DNA from: Raillietiella orientalis
Lineage: Eukaryota
Length of the DNA stretch: 64,000 nt
Reading direction: 5' to 3'
Assembly (NCBI GenBank): GCA_036172245.1
Contig: JAYWIR010000009.1
Location: forward strand, 682,001-746,000
Notes under the pieces: model-generated
Databases searched by the model: none
Told to the model about the DNA's origin: nothing
The model's input: the letters and a program-made list of their open reading frames with translations, nothing else
Made by a program: the position numbers and the translations under genes
Shown: piece after piece, positions 36,829-50,057 of the stretch
How the letters are laid out: each line of letters opens with the position of its first letter
Position numbering within the stretch: position 1 is the first letter of the stretch

Positions 36829-38355
36829 CTAACTAAGCTCATAAGAGCGAATGAAACCATCTCGGCATGCTGTGAATATCATTTTGCCATCTGTACATAC
36901 GCTGTTCACAGGATCACAATTTGGGCCACTTAGCTGCATCATCAAAGCATTTGGGCCCAGCATGCTGTAAGTGCAGCTGCCATCTTGCCTTGCTATCCAA
37001 ACACCATGACCTTGGGCCAATAAGGACAGCACTGGACTGGCTATGGAATCATCACAAGCCTCCCACACTTGTGGTTGCCGCACATCCACCATATACACAG
37101 TTCCATTTTCACAACCAGCAATAATTTTGTAATATGGTGTTAAAGTAATTGCATTGATGGGTGCTGAGGCTTCTAAGAAAAATAAGTTCCTCCTGCTGCC
37201 AACAGCTTGGACTTCCAAATGCCCATTCTGACATCCTACGGCAAGCAGTTTATCATCTGTGCCTATCTCTCCACTTCCTGCTTGTGGCCAAGTGTTGATC
37301 ACAAATAAAAATGCCCCTTACTACCTTCTTGTCTCAGAGATGGGCCCAAATCCATAGCAGCAGGTGCAACATTAGCTGAACAGCTATTGATTGCTGTGTC
37401 GTAGCACCCTAATGATTCAAGGCAGATTCCTGTAGCACAATCCCAGAGAAGAGCACTTCCATCTCTGAAAAGGCATTCGCTGCACCTTTGGATTTACTTT
37501 TCTGTAGTTCTGGTTAACCTGCCCACGGAGAACACATTTCTACCACGATCAACAAAATCGACATCCATAATGGCTCCTGTATGCCCTGCCATTTGCCTAA
37601 CACACTGCCCAGTTTGAGCACACCATATTCTAATTTGCATGTCAGCACCACCAGCTAAAACAACTTTGCCAGATGGGAAAAAACGGCAAGAGTATTGTTC
37701 AGCTACATGTCCTTCAAGCAAACGCTGCAACTGAGATTAGACAAAAGAGACTACAATTTGCCTTACTCTCTTAATGCCTGTCTGGGACTCCCATATGCAC
37801 AAAAGTTTGTCTGAACCAGCAGATAATCCTAAGCCACCTGTAGTCACATCACAACAAAATATCTATACATCGGATGAAATACTGCTGGCACATTCATGAA
37901 CTCACGTTATTTTGGTGAATATCATGGAATACTGTTTTGGGTTTAAAAAACTTTGTTTTCAGAGGTGTTGATGAATGGGTCACCTCAATGTCATTGGAAC
38001 CAAGAATTGCATCGAATTCATCCGTGCAACGTATTTCTCCATTAACATTTTTTATAAATCCCTGTATGCTAGTTTTTCCTTTGGCATGTATACATCATTA
38101 TGCATTGTTAATATGATTTTTACCTTTCACGTGGTAGCTAACCCATACTTTTGCATCTTTAATTCTACAACAAATAAGAACGTTTGCCACATGAAGCAAT
38201 TACTTTGATTCCCTTACGGATTAGCAAAAGGAATAACAATTATAATCAAAAAGAATTTATTATACGAAATGCAACCTGTGTGTTTACCTGAGTGTTTCAA
38301 ACCAATCTGGTTGAATGTGGATGACACCTGTGTTCCAGTTATTCATTACGGCCAT
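36829..38355 (-). CDS. PAAF1: Proteasomal ATPase-associated factor 1 (WD40 protein, Rpn14 homologue), multi-exon
   Basis: IHIQPDWFETLR / KVWVSY N-terminus; LEGHV..YSCRFFPSGKVVLAGGADMQIRIW; GHTGAIMDVDFVDRGRNVFSVGR; LSGPNCDPV..IFTACRDGFIRSY. Start is either 38355 or 38346. Confidence 0.93.
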
Positions 38356-40749
38356 CCACCAGCAGAACGCTCATGGTTATGACAGTGGAAACTTCACGGT
38401 GGATGCACAACAGGCGAGGTTGCAGGCAGAATTAGACGTTTTAGCCTTTACATCGCACTTGGGGACAAAAAGAATTTCGGTTGCCACGACGTACTAAACG
38501 ACGTTGTGTTCGGTTAAAAACTAATTCGGATCGCCGATTTTCCCAGGAGCAACCGAAACTTCTTGACACAAAAGAAGTCTCATGTGGCCGTTCCGAGTGG
38601 TCCGTTTGAAAACGATGCTCCGCAGGAAACGGTGAGCAGTTGCCAGCACGAAAATCCACCCGCGTCCGAAAAAAGGATATTTATTGTGTTTTCCACCGAT
38701 CATTCGATGCATCCCACCACTGTCTTTTCGACTTTGAATTATCCAAACTCTGTTCATGAGCAAAAACTCCTTTCTGTTTGTTTGGAGCTCGTTTGCAAGG
38801 ATTTCTTTGTCCTAGATTCCACCCCCCACCCCCCAGGACTCGCAAACAGGTCCCTTGTGTCTTCACTTTTGCCAGCAACTAGTTTGTCTTCCAAACTGCA
38901 AATTATTGGATAAAACCGAGTGATAAATTGGGCAGTTCAAAACAAAAATTACTGCTACAGAATAAAATCTATACGGACTGCAAAAGCAGCAAAACTTTTT
39001 TTTTTTTTTTCCCTACCGATTACACTTTGTGAAGTGACGACTTTAAGAAATAAAGCACGAGGGGAATATCTGATATAATTTCTCCATAGCTTCATTAGAA
39101 AAGTCCACTAGAAAGCAAATAAGAAAATAATGGAAGTTGCAAAAACAACAGAAGTAACTTCATCGATTTCATGTCGAATGTAGACGCTGTTAATATAATT
39201 ACACACAGTGCTGGATTTTGTTTGTTTTCTTCACGCTTAAAGTGCTGGATTTCACTTTTTCCTCATCTTTTTAATTCACGTTGTTAGGAAAAAATACATA
39301 GTAAACATTTTGAAATTTAAAAATGACAGCATTAGTAATTGCAATCATGACAGAAATAGAACCTTTTGTGAATCAATATCTAATGAAAAGGCATGCAGTA
39401 TTTTTAAGAAGTAAATCTGTAGAAAAGAAAGCTTCACGTCTGTGTATTTCGCAGTTGAATCCAGAAGAAAACGAATGCCGATTATTCTAACGTATTAAAA
39501 GGCTATGCTTCCTCAAAGTACCATAGATTTCGAGTGGCTGTAAGCTCTAAAAAAGAGCTAGAGTAGCATACGTGTATTATTTGAAATGCATATTTATGAT
39601 AACTGAATTTCAATAGTCCTGTAATTGAAAAGATCATTAAAGTATCATCTTTAGAACAGTTCCTTTCCTGGCAAGTGCAATGGAGAGATTTCATCAGTAA
39701 CTGAATTGTCACTCAAAATAAAAATACATTTTCCCATATATCTTCTAGTAGTTACCTACTAATTTTGCATTAATGTTACTAATCTGATGAATAAGTTGAG
39801 TTTTGTCTAATGTTTCAAGCAACTACCGTTCACAATTGCCATCTCAAGTTAGCAACTCTGATTACTCTGGTTGTAGATAAGGCAATGGCTATGCAATCTT
39901 CTCTCTTACATGGGTTTTCAACAGTATGGAGTTGATTAATGATACTAAAATTAGCGATAACTCACAATTTTTTTTTTTTCTTTTCCCAACCACATTCCCC
40001 CCCCCCTCCCCCCCCCCTTTTCTCCGACCGCAACTGACGCAAAAATTTCAGACACGGCATGCATATGGGACGTATTGATAGATCTGTGGGATAGACTTTC
40101 TGAATTCATCTCTATTTGCTCTTGAATCTTTCTCCGTTCCGATCGAATATGAAAATAAAAACAAAATCGGGGAACGAAACTGCTCTGAGGAAGACACGAA
40201 TCTTTACGAGTTGTAAGTTAGTAATTTACATGTCAATCAATGCAGATCGCTATTGGAAACCCTGTGAATCGAAAAGAGCGAATTTCATCAAATGAGCCGT
40301 TTGTTTGTTTCTTCCTTTTTGGAACAGCGTGCTCAACTCAGAAAGGAAATGTCCTTCGTCAAACAGTCGAACTGGTTTGGAAACTGAATCAAAGGAAGCT
40401 GTCAGAATGATAGCCGAATGGGTTCTTTGGTTTCCAAGGCAAATTAATTATGGAATTATGGTATGATATGATATCCATGTTCTCTTGGCTGATATCGAAG
40501 CTTTTTCAAAGCCTCTTTTAAAAGTCATTTGAGTACCAGCTTTGTGGAAATTGTACAGAGTAGTTCGCAAGTTTCGTGATCTTCCCTCGCGAGAAGTTTG
40601 CATTGAGACAACGATTATTCAAATAGCTCCCCTTCGAAAACCACACACGCACGCACACACGTGAGTGTAACTGCGTGTGTGCCAAATTACATACATAGTG
40701 TGTGATCCATGATGCACATGTGCCTTCCTATTTTAAACAAATGGGAAGT

Positions 40750-41400
40750 GCGTATTCACTGAGAGGAACTCCCTGGAGTTTGAGATGCTGACATGCACGA
40801 GTCAGCAGCATTGCGATGCTCGTGCTTGGCTGCTGGCAACAAGAAAGAGTGTGGATGCAGCATGGACCGCAGTCCACAATGCAAATGTCCCTCAAAGCGC
40901 GCTGCCAGAATTCTGAGTGGATTCTTCGCCACTGATTCGTTGCGAAAGCAAACCCTGGATCCTAGGGAGCGCCCTTTTCGCACTTCAGGGTGGGATCCAC
41001 GGTGGACCGCTTTGTGTGCTTCCCTCTCGTCTCTGGGAGCCCTGCCGCCTTGAAAGGCCGCAAACCGATCCTGCAAAGAGCACCTCGCTGTGGACGCCGG
41101 TGAGAGCGATTCCCAAGCTTTGCGGTGTTGAAACGCGCCTGCGGCACGGTCAGGGCGATCGCCTCTGCCTCCACGATGCCGGTGAGCGCACTTCGAAACG
41201 AGGCGACTCCAGGTTTTTCCTCTCCTCAGAATTGGACGGGAGTGAGAAGCAAGAGGCCAGAGCGTCTCTTGCTGCGAGGTTCCGTCCTTCGGCAAGTGTG
41301 GACGGAGGACCCCAGACGGTTGGAACCGCGTTTCGTGGGGCACACCTGGCTGGAACCTCGAGCGCCATGGCCGCTCCGGAAAATTTCAAAGTAGAGCGGA
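40750..41400 (-). mobile_element. Decayed non-LTR reverse-transcriptase fragment (N-terminal RT motifs)
   Basis: CAPRNAVPTVWGPPST (resembles C...xVPxxWKxSxT), then in a shifted frame HLPKDGTSQQETLWPLA (resembles LIPKxGD..NWRPIAL). Confidence 0.55.
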
Positions 41401-41438
41401 AGCGGCAGACAATGCGGAGTCAACGCTTCCTCCCCCCC

Positions 41439-41482
<44 letters not shown>

Positions 41483-42890
41483 CCTTCCTCATGGCCGCCA
41501 TCTCGGCGACTGTCCGTTTTTTTTTTTGCGTTTTAGGCTCCTCTTGAACTCGTGCGCGCAGATGGGGGGAAGTGACGCGGCTCCGAGAGATGGACCGGGA
41601 GACCTTCGTGCGGGTGTGGAGGGGAGATGGGTAGGTCCTTGCGCTGCGTGCGTTTCGTGTTCAAACACTTCCCTTTTCAGGTGTTCCTTCGGAGCACCTC
41701 GCCTCACAGGTGACCTTGGCAATCCGGCGGCCAATCGAAAGCGGAAGGAGTAGTCGGATTTCCTGCCTTCCGTCAGGGTGGCAAAGAGCAGATCCGGATC
41801 CTCTTAGGGCGTTCTCCGTCCCGGGAGACGTCCACCCACCCCCGCGCCCTCGAGTCCATCCCGCAGACTTCTTTCCTCCCGAACTACATACGACATCGGC
41901 AGCAGGCAATGGTTGGGGTCATCCCTCCCCCCCCCCCTTCGTTCCCCGGGCGAAAATGCCTCGACCCACCTTCCGCTCACTTCCCGCGCCGCTTCCACTC
42001 AGGCACTCTCCGTTTGTAGCTGTGGCCCCAACAGTGAGTCGCGTTCGTCCCCGGGTCCTGGGGTCGGGAGTCCCCAGGACGGGATCGCGCAACACGGGGA
42101 TGCTCAAGTTCTGCCGGCGCGCCTGAGGGTCCTTCGGCGAAGTGGCGCTTCCCCCCACCCCTCCCCCCAACCGTCTCATGGAAGGACCGAGGGAGGCGCT
42201 CGAGCACATGGCGGCGGCGAGTGGCGAAGCGCGTGGACAGACTCTCCTCCTCAACGCCGCCCTTCCTCTTCGCGTTCTGGGGAGAGAAAAAAACTAGACC
42301 AAGGGAATCGCCCCTGGAGGAAGAAGGCTTCCTTCCCCCCCCCCCCTCCTCCGTTCCTATTCGCACCTCCTCTCTCCCTCTTCCGGGAGCCGCCTCGCGG
42401 GGATTCTCGCGCTGCACGCCAAAGCCCGCAGCCCTTCTCGTGCCCGGATCACAACGAAATGGGGGGGAGGAGGAGAAAGGGGAGGTTCGCCCGAGATCTT
42501 TCCTTCCGTTTTGTTTTTTCCCTTCTTGCCGCGCGCTCTCGCCCTCCCTGGGGCGACGCGGCCTGCGGTGGTTTCCTTGTGCTCCGCGAGATGCGGCGGC
42601 GAGGTGGGACGCCGCCGCGCCTCGTCCTTGCCCGGCGTGCCTGCGTGCTGAGGTCTGCTGCCTCCTCCAGCGGCGTCCTAGCCGCGCGCACTCCCTCTCT
42701 TGCGAGTCCCCTGCGCCCGCCGCCTCCTAGCTTCCTCGTCCACTCGCCAACTCGGAGAAACTCGGCTGCCGTTCCTGCCAGGAAAATCCTCAGTTTCTTC
42801 CTCTTCCTCTTCTTATATAGCATCACCACCAGGGAATGCTACTTTTTTTTTGGGGGGGGGGGGGGGGGGGGGGCTTCTTTTCTTTTCGGC

Positions 42891-43003
42891 AGGGAAGGCA
42901 AGGAGGCGACTGCGATCCCAGATCGAATTTTGATCCGCTTTGGTACACGGAACCGGACGCTCCCTAATGGGAAGCATCCGGTCCCTCGAAGACGTCCGAC
43001 CTC
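42891..43003 (+). repeat. Dispersed direct repeat (other copies at ~44805-44917 and, partially, ~46911-46982)
   Basis: Shared GCGACTGCGATCCCAG.TCGAATTT.GAT.CGCTTTGGT.CACGGAA...GGACGCTCCCTAATGG...GAAGACGTCCGACCTC. Confidence 0.9.
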
Positions 43004-44804
43004 TCCACAACCCGCTCCTTCGAGCGCTGGGCTCTTGCTCGTCCGGCTTCCTTATCGACCCGAGTCCGTTCCCCCTGATGCACATCCGTCGTCGGACTCT
43101 GGTTGCCGGGAATTCCGAGCGGCTCACTGCTGCGGTCCTGGCGTGGGACTCGCTCTTGAGGCTGGAGATCCGGAAGGAGACTCGGCCGGCGCAAAGCTGC
43201 ACAGAGCGCGCGCGAAGCTGCGTATCCGTGCTACCGTGCACCGGCAGTGGCCTGCGAGCAGCGGAAGGAAGGAAGGGGGGGGGGAGAGGTATCGGCGGAG
43301 ATGGAGGCATCTGTCCGATCGAGAGGCATGCGGGACGCTGAGCGAGCGAGCAGGAGGATCGAACCCGGGGAACGGAGGAGGATACCGCAGTTTCAGCGAG
43401 CGGAGTCCTGTCTTCCTTCCAGGCCGCCCCTCGTGGCTCCTTCGCGCGGCTTCTCAGCCGGGAAGCTCCGAGTCGCATTCTGGATCGGCCGTCCGCAGCG
43501 CCACTCGTGAGCGTCGGAGCTCCGCATGCATCTGCGTTGAGTGCGCGAGTCCGCGCGCTCCATCTCGCGACCGGGTCCTTTCTGAGTTGACTTTTTTCCT
43601 CTGCACATCTGTCGCACTTGGCAAACCTGATTCGACTGGGTCACTTGCTTCGGGAGCTTGCCTGACAACGAACAAGATGGCGCTAGCCTTCCCCTCTGCG
43701 GTTAGCGCCTCATCTGTCCGAACAAATCAACGTGTTTCTCACGGCGCGAGCGTTCGCTAATCTGCCTTTTGGTGTAGACAGAGAAAGAGAGAGACGGTGG
43801 GGGGGGGGGGGGGGGGCAGAGAAAATGGAAGAAAAAGAAAAGAAAACCTCACTCCTGCCCATCCATCCGGACAGCTAGAGCCGACGGAGGTCCTACCGGC
43901 GATCCTGCTGAACCACAGTGCCTGAGTGGCCGAACACGCAAGCGTGCGAGCGAGCGCAGCGGGCAAACCGCGCGCGCGCCGTGCGGGTGTGCAGGACACT
44001 CGGGAACGCAGGGAAGCGTTCGCTTCTTCCTGCCCGTGAGGCTGCGTTCCCCGTGACCCCTCTCGCCTGCGACGGAGCGCGCGATGCTTCCCACGCTGGT
44101 CCCGCGAATGCGCGCGAAAGAGAAAGTACGCGGGGGGGGGGGGGAACCTCGCGGACTCCGCGCGCGACGCACGGGCTCTTTCGCTTTTATTGATTGGCCC
44201 TCGGGTGCCAAATGGCTGGAAGTGTTGCCGAAATTCGATTTGCGGGGAGAGGGAGGGAGAAGAGCATCTTCACTCAAACGATTGATAAACATTTCGGGGA
44301 TGGCATCCTCTACTCGAGTCGATGAAAATCCTCAGCGGCGGAATACGCGGAACGAGGGACCACTAACGGCCGTGAGGAGGGGAGGTTGAGGCTGAGAGTG
44401 GGCACGCTCTGGAGAGAGAGAGGGGGGGGGGGGCAGGAAGCACACGGATGATGGTCGTTCGCGTGCTCAGCCGACGGGATCGGAGAGCGGTTGACTGGAG
44501 GCGCAGGGAGCGGTGAGGAGCGTCGTAGCAGCCGGAAGTGCTGTTCCATGTCGCGCGGTTGGCGCCGCTTCGAGAGCATTGCCGCTCTCACCCCCTCCAA
44601 AGTCTGCATGACTGCGCAAAGCCTCTCCGTACGTGTACACAGTTGAGGGGGAGGGGAGAGCCTTGGTCCCACCTCTGCTCTTCACGGCTCAGGGCGAGAG
44701 GACCCTGAGCCCTGAAGAGCTCGGTGCTGAGACCCTGATGCACTCTTCTCCTTCCTCTTCTGTAGCATCATCATAGGATGGTATTTTTCTTCTTCCTTTT
44801 TGGA

Positions 44805-44917
44805 AGGGAAGACGGGGAAGCGACTGCGATCCCAGCTCGAATTTCGATTCGCTTTGGTCCACGGAAACCGGACGCTCCCTAATGGCAGCATCCGGTCCCC
44901 CGAAGACGTCCGACCTC
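44805..44917 (+). repeat. Second copy of the 42891-43003 repeat
   Basis: Direct alignment by eye with scattered substitutions and small indels. Confidence 0.9.
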
Positions 44918-45749
44918 ACTGGGAAAGAGGGAGGAGAGGGGAGAGGGGAAGGCAATCGAATTCCAAGATTGGCAATTGGAGACTTCTGTTTCACCGCCGC
45001 CTTCGCTTTCGAACAAGCTGCTGGCTTGGAGGCAACAGGGCAGGCGCTGGAAGAGTGGCACTCCTGCTTCTTCGGAACCGATGCCGGATGAAGACTTTGA
45101 TGTCAGGCGATTGCGCGCGTGGTCCATTTCCTGCGAAGCGTCCTGGGGTCCTACCGAGCGCCCAGCTCACGGAACGGTCATTCGTGGGCGCGGAGACTGC
45201 CCGGTGCACAGGACGCATATCACGTGAGGTCATCGCCCCAGCCGCGTCCCTGCAAGAAGGGTTCAGGAGGCGCACTAACTCTCGCTAGTCTAAGGAGTTG
45301 ACGACCTGCGAATCGGGCACGAGGCAGGGGATGGCTCCCAGCGGGAAACACGGGCACTCACCCACCCCTCTGCCTCTCTGGTGTCCGGCTCAGGGATGTG
45401 CAAGGAGGGTCGCGGTTCTATCCACCCCAGGGGGCCAAGCAAAGCTGAGGCCCCGCTCGGGGAACCGCCTGCGAATCCTTGCGCTCCCGTGACTCGGGGC
45501 ATCCTCACCCTCAGGTACTGCCCGGGAACAGCCAATGGGCTGCTACTGCTACTCCAAATGCCCCACCGAAACGACGCTGGGGCAAGCTGCTGGGAATTCC
45601 CCGGGAAGACCTCGAGTAGCCCCCAGCGCTCCTGAACAACCGTGCTCACCGTCCATCTCCAGTGGGGGCAGTCGGCGATCCTGCGGTTGCACTGGGACCT
45701 CCCGTGTAACGCTCGCCGACATCAATGGGTCCGGGGTAACTGCAGTAGC

Positions 45750-48650
45750 TGCGAGGAACGAGCATCCCTCTCTCACCTGCTCGTGGATTGCGTTGCTCTC
45801 CGATCCCCGTAGGGGAACGCTTTGCCACGATCCGCAGATCCCCTGGAGGCAACCCCAGAGACGTTCTGAAGCGCCTCTTCGTGCGTGATGTCCTACTTCC
45901 TCAGCAGCGTCCCTGCCAGCTTTTTGCTGCCTTCCGAGATTGTCCTGGAGTGCCTGGAACGCAGCCCGAACCTGCCGGCATCCTTGAAAGGATGCAGAGA
46001 GCGCCCTCTAGCAGACAGTGAAGCTTCCGGAAACGAATACTCCAGAGCACCCGGGAGGATAGGTGCTGGTCGGAAGCGGGGATGCCATTCCCCATCCGGT
46101 GCTGCCACGCACGGTCGCTGTCTACAGAGGGGCCCTTGGTTCGAGGTCACTTCGTGCTGTTCGCCAGGCTGCGGACCGCCTGTTCGTCCCTCCTCCTCCT
46201 CCTCTCGTGCCGAGGATCCGCTGGCGGATTTCGCGACGACCATTACTCTTTCAGCCTGTCGGGGCTTAAGCGTGCAGCTGGTAAGCTGGCATCATCCATC
46301 TTCCGCCTGCTGCTACACCTCCGACGATTTGTTTGAGGTTGAGGTCTGAGCAGCTCCCGGCGTGCCTTCCCCGGAGGAGCAGAGGAGGTTGTCGGGGTTT
46401 TCCTAAACAGCCGGGTCATCGGGAGCTCCCACGCGGGAAGAATCGGAAATGAGATCGCCATCGGTCATGCACCGGGAGCAAAAAGCTTCTTTGCTCTCTG
46501 GACGCTGTCTTCCGAACCTCCTCCAGCAACCTGATGCAGTCTTCAGCCTCCCTTCGACCCTTTTCGATGAATTCTGTAGACACGTCGTATGGAGTGCGGA
46601 TCGAAACGTATCGCGGAGGCGACCCACTACGGCTGCCCACTTCCACCAGCGATAACTCTCTTCTGGTGCTTTGGGGATGCTGGTACCCCAATCTGGGTAC
46701 AGATTCTCCTTCTTCTCCCTCCTATTCGTATTCTTCTTCTTTTTCCCCTTCCTCTTCTTCTTCCTTCGTCTTCGTCTCCTTCTCCACTTTCTCCTTCTCC
46801 TCCTTCTTATTCTTCTTCGTCCCTTTGTCTCTCTTCCTCCTTCTCCTCCTACCTCTTCCTCAAATTCTTCTTCCTCTTTCTCTTTTTCTGAAGCAAAAAA
46901 AAAATACCTTCATGGGATGGTATTTTTTTTCCCTTCTTTCTTCTTCGAAAGGAAGGCGGGGAGGCTTCTACGATCCCAGCTAAGTGATTCCACAGGTGAT
47001 TCGGCATTCTGCTCCGGTTACCGGTCCTGCAGATTCTGGGGGCAGCAACGAAAAGGCCTCCATTTTCCGCCCGACGCGTCCTCTCTGCTCCCTTAGCCAT
47101 CTTCTCTAGAAGTGGAGCGGCGTTGCTCCATGCGTCCTGCCTCCTCGTCCTCTGCACTCCCGAGAACCTGGGAGGGACAGTCCTAGCAGGCCTGACCTCT
47201 TGAATGTTGTCGCCGCTTGCCCTTCTCGGCAAAGCTTCCGCTGGTATCTTAGGAACCCCTTCCGACTGGCCTTCTTCTGACCCAAAGGTCGCCTCCGTCC
47301 ATCGGGTTGGGGCGGGGGCAAAGCCGTGGCTCAACTCGTTCCTCTCCTCCACAGGTTGCCATGAGTTTCGCGCGTGGCTGCTCAACAGTGGATCCTGCCC
47401 GCCTGTAGCAGGCGCGTCGCCCGCTCTCATCCCGCTCAGTCGCAGTCTCCGCTCCTGGGGCGCTTCTCGGCATGCCTCGGCACACACGAAGTGCGTCGCA
47501 TCTTCCATGAGGTAGCAGCAGGGAGCACTTGCGAAAACCGGACTCCATGGAGACCACGAGAGTGGGGAGGGGGGATCTTCCGAAGAGAAGTCAGGCTCGT
47601 TTCTGTGGCTTCAGACGACTCCTTGCTCCAGACTGGACCAGAAGTCTCACACGGAGGTGCGGAAGAAAACGCTGGGAGCCCTGCTCCCGTGAACGAGCAC
47701 CGAGGGCGTCTCCTGGTGGTCTGCGCAAAGGACCAGCGATACTCACAGTCTCAAGGAAGAACCACGGGCTCCAGGACTCAAGGACTATGAACTGGTATTT
47801 TCAGGATGATAACCGACCCACGGTGACCGCATATCCTGGGGCTCCAGCTCCCCTCTCGAAGCATGGGACGAAAGCCCGCATCCAGTGCTATCATCTGTTA
47901 AAGAAGAGTGGACATGAAGCACTGAACCACAAGCATCCCCATCGTTCGGCGCTGCGTCGGAGGCGAAGACCTCCTTTCGTTGCTGCCTCTCCGGCGACAC
48001 AGGATGCGGGGATTTGGCTTCCCTCTTCGGGGGGCTCGTCCTTGGGTCTCCTGCTGCCCAATCAACTCGAATGCCTGGAGGCAGATGGGCCTGAGGATAC
48101 AATTGATTCGCCCGCAAGTACTTCGTCCCCTGCGTAATCTTCTCAACGTTCCACTGGAAGATGCCCTGCAGACTCGATGAAGAGGACTCCCGTGGCCGTC
48201 ATCTCCCTTGCCGCGGTGCAATCAGCGGCGGTGGCCCAGCGACCAAACTCCTCGACGACCGAAAGGCGAGCGAGCTGGTGGCTGTCGCCACTACTCCACG
48301 TTGTATCAGGTCAAGGGGTTACCGCGGTGGCAAGAGCCCTCGCGTGTGTCCTTCGAAGAACTAGCGGTCGCTCCTTTGTGTGTGGACACTTCGGCGATCC
48401 CCTCGAGGTGCAAGCGTGAGGTGCTGCTATTTCTGCACGGGGGTTTCCAGTTCAACTGGCGTCGGCGCCTCCTCCGAAGAAGGTGCGTCCCCGAACGGTT
48501 CCAGGTGCGGGACGATCGAATCGTTGGTGCCCTTTTCGAACTGCATCGGAGGCTGTCTTCGACACTCCTGAGAACAGCTACGAGCTGGCCCCACCCGCAA
48601 GAAGAAGTCTACTCGGAGATCGCCGGCATTCTGCGCCATTATGACCAAGA
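45750..48650 (-). mobile_element. Decayed RLE-type non-LTR retrotransposon (RT through endonuclease)
   Basis: Ordered remnants LNWKP (resembles NWRP), LARLSVVEEFG (resembles WLDLxxAFG), AGDPRTSP (resembles QGDPLSP), RRC.. and RFRPAPIL..EYSFPEASLSAR (resembles LRPD..FE..AL..AR). Confidence 0.5.
46705..46890 (+). repeat. Polypyrimidine low-complexity tract (TTC/CTC-rich)
   Basis: Almost purine-free run on the + strand. Confidence 0.9.
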
Positions 48651-48799
48651 AAAAGAGGCCGATACCTAAGATTCCAGTCCCAACCTCTCTCTGTTTATTT
48701 ATTCCTATCTCCTCCTCTTCCTCCCTTCTTCCTCTTCCTCCTCCCTACGTCGATCTCCTCCTCCTCCTCCAAGCTCACCTCCAAGCTCCATGAGCTCAC

Positions 48800-49600
48800 C
48801 TCGCAGCAGTGCTCAGGAAGGAAGTCAGGAAAGGAGCGATCACCCTGCTGCTCCGGACGTCGGCGCAGGTCGCCACCGTCCGGTGGAGTGCTGCGACGGC
48901 GGTTGGTCGCGCGCTGCACGCGAAGAAGTTCCCGAGAACGCCTTTGAAGCTGCCCTCCGAGAGCTGCAGGGACGCAGCGGGGCCTTCCTTCCTTGATGCC
49001 GCATCTGCGCGCGCGCCACCGCAGCGCAAAGAAGCGCCGAGTTCCCTCGAGAAAGGGAATGCAAGGGACCTGACAAAAGCCGTGCTTCAGATGGCGCGGG
49101 GAGGCTCCATGTGTAGGGGAGTCCACCTCGTGAATAGGCTGAAGCCGTCCACGGGGTGGATGGGAGCAAGGACAGAGGAGATGGAGGTAACCGCCGGGCA
49201 GTCGTCCCTGCGCTGCCCGCCTTCTGGCGGCAAGGCCGCGCGCTCGCCGCCACGCACGCGCTCGCGGCGAGAGAGCGAGGGAGGAGAGGGACCCGCGGTC
49301 TTTTCTTGTCGTGTGGCTCGCGCCTCGCGCAGCCCCCGTATTGATGGCTCCCAGGAGTGCAGACGCTTCCTGCCATCCCAGATAAGGCGCGTTGCCAGGC
49401 GACCACGAGCTGAGCCCGTTCTTCCGTTGGGGTTCAGCGCTTGCGGGCGTTGGCCAGGGGCCTCGGGGGTATCCCCGGATTGGACCCCTTCGGGGCGAGT
49501 GGTCCTCCGTGCTCTCCATGCGGAATCACCCGCTGAGCGAACGCCCGAAGAACCTTGCAGATGGCGCCTGCGGGAGGGAGGAGTGGAATGGCAGTCCCGC
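48800..49600 (+). mobile_element. Probable decayed post-RT / zinc-knuckle / endonuclease region of an RLE element
   Basis: In ORF 48809..49717: CRGVHL..KPSTGWM (resembles QGxGV...SNxWL), SCRVAR..PRIDGSQEC..IRR (resembles CRxC..HIL..C..RH) and EP...SPD. Confidence 0.4.
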
Positions 49601-50057
49601 CGTTCTCCCCTCCCCTCCTCCACTCCCCTCCCCTTCTGCCCCGCATTTCGCGAAACGGCGCTTCTCGCGCGCGAGGGGAGGCGACGAAGCGGAAGTTCGG
49701 CCTTCCTGAGAAAGTAACAGGGGGAGAGCAGCAGGATGAAGTCCGGGACCACAACAAGGTCATTTTTTTTTTTCTTTTTTCCCCCTTCCCCTTCTCTCCT
49801 CGGGTCTCTGGAGGAACTGCAGCGCGGACCCCCCTCTGGAGAGAGACTGGGAGGCAGCCGACCAACCGGAAGCCACGCCCTTCACCCACCTTCGCGGCCC
49901 CGCTGCGATCGCCGCCCGCCCGCGAAGCGCCTTGCAGTGGTGGAAGGTGACAGCGGCTCGTGGATCGCTCGCTTCTGGCTAGGAGCCGCTGGAGCCGTCA
50001 GCCTCCGCTGGCTCTGTTGGCGCCGTCTCTTCATCTTCCTCAACTCGAAAGCATCAA

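Noticed and set aside
41913..43760. 615-aa ORF and other long ORFs (53512..54720, 58646..59815, 56664..57581) as novel genes
   Set aside because: R/P/G/A/S-rich translations crossing homopolymer runs, with overlapping ORFs in several frames; expected in GC-rich decayed repeats.
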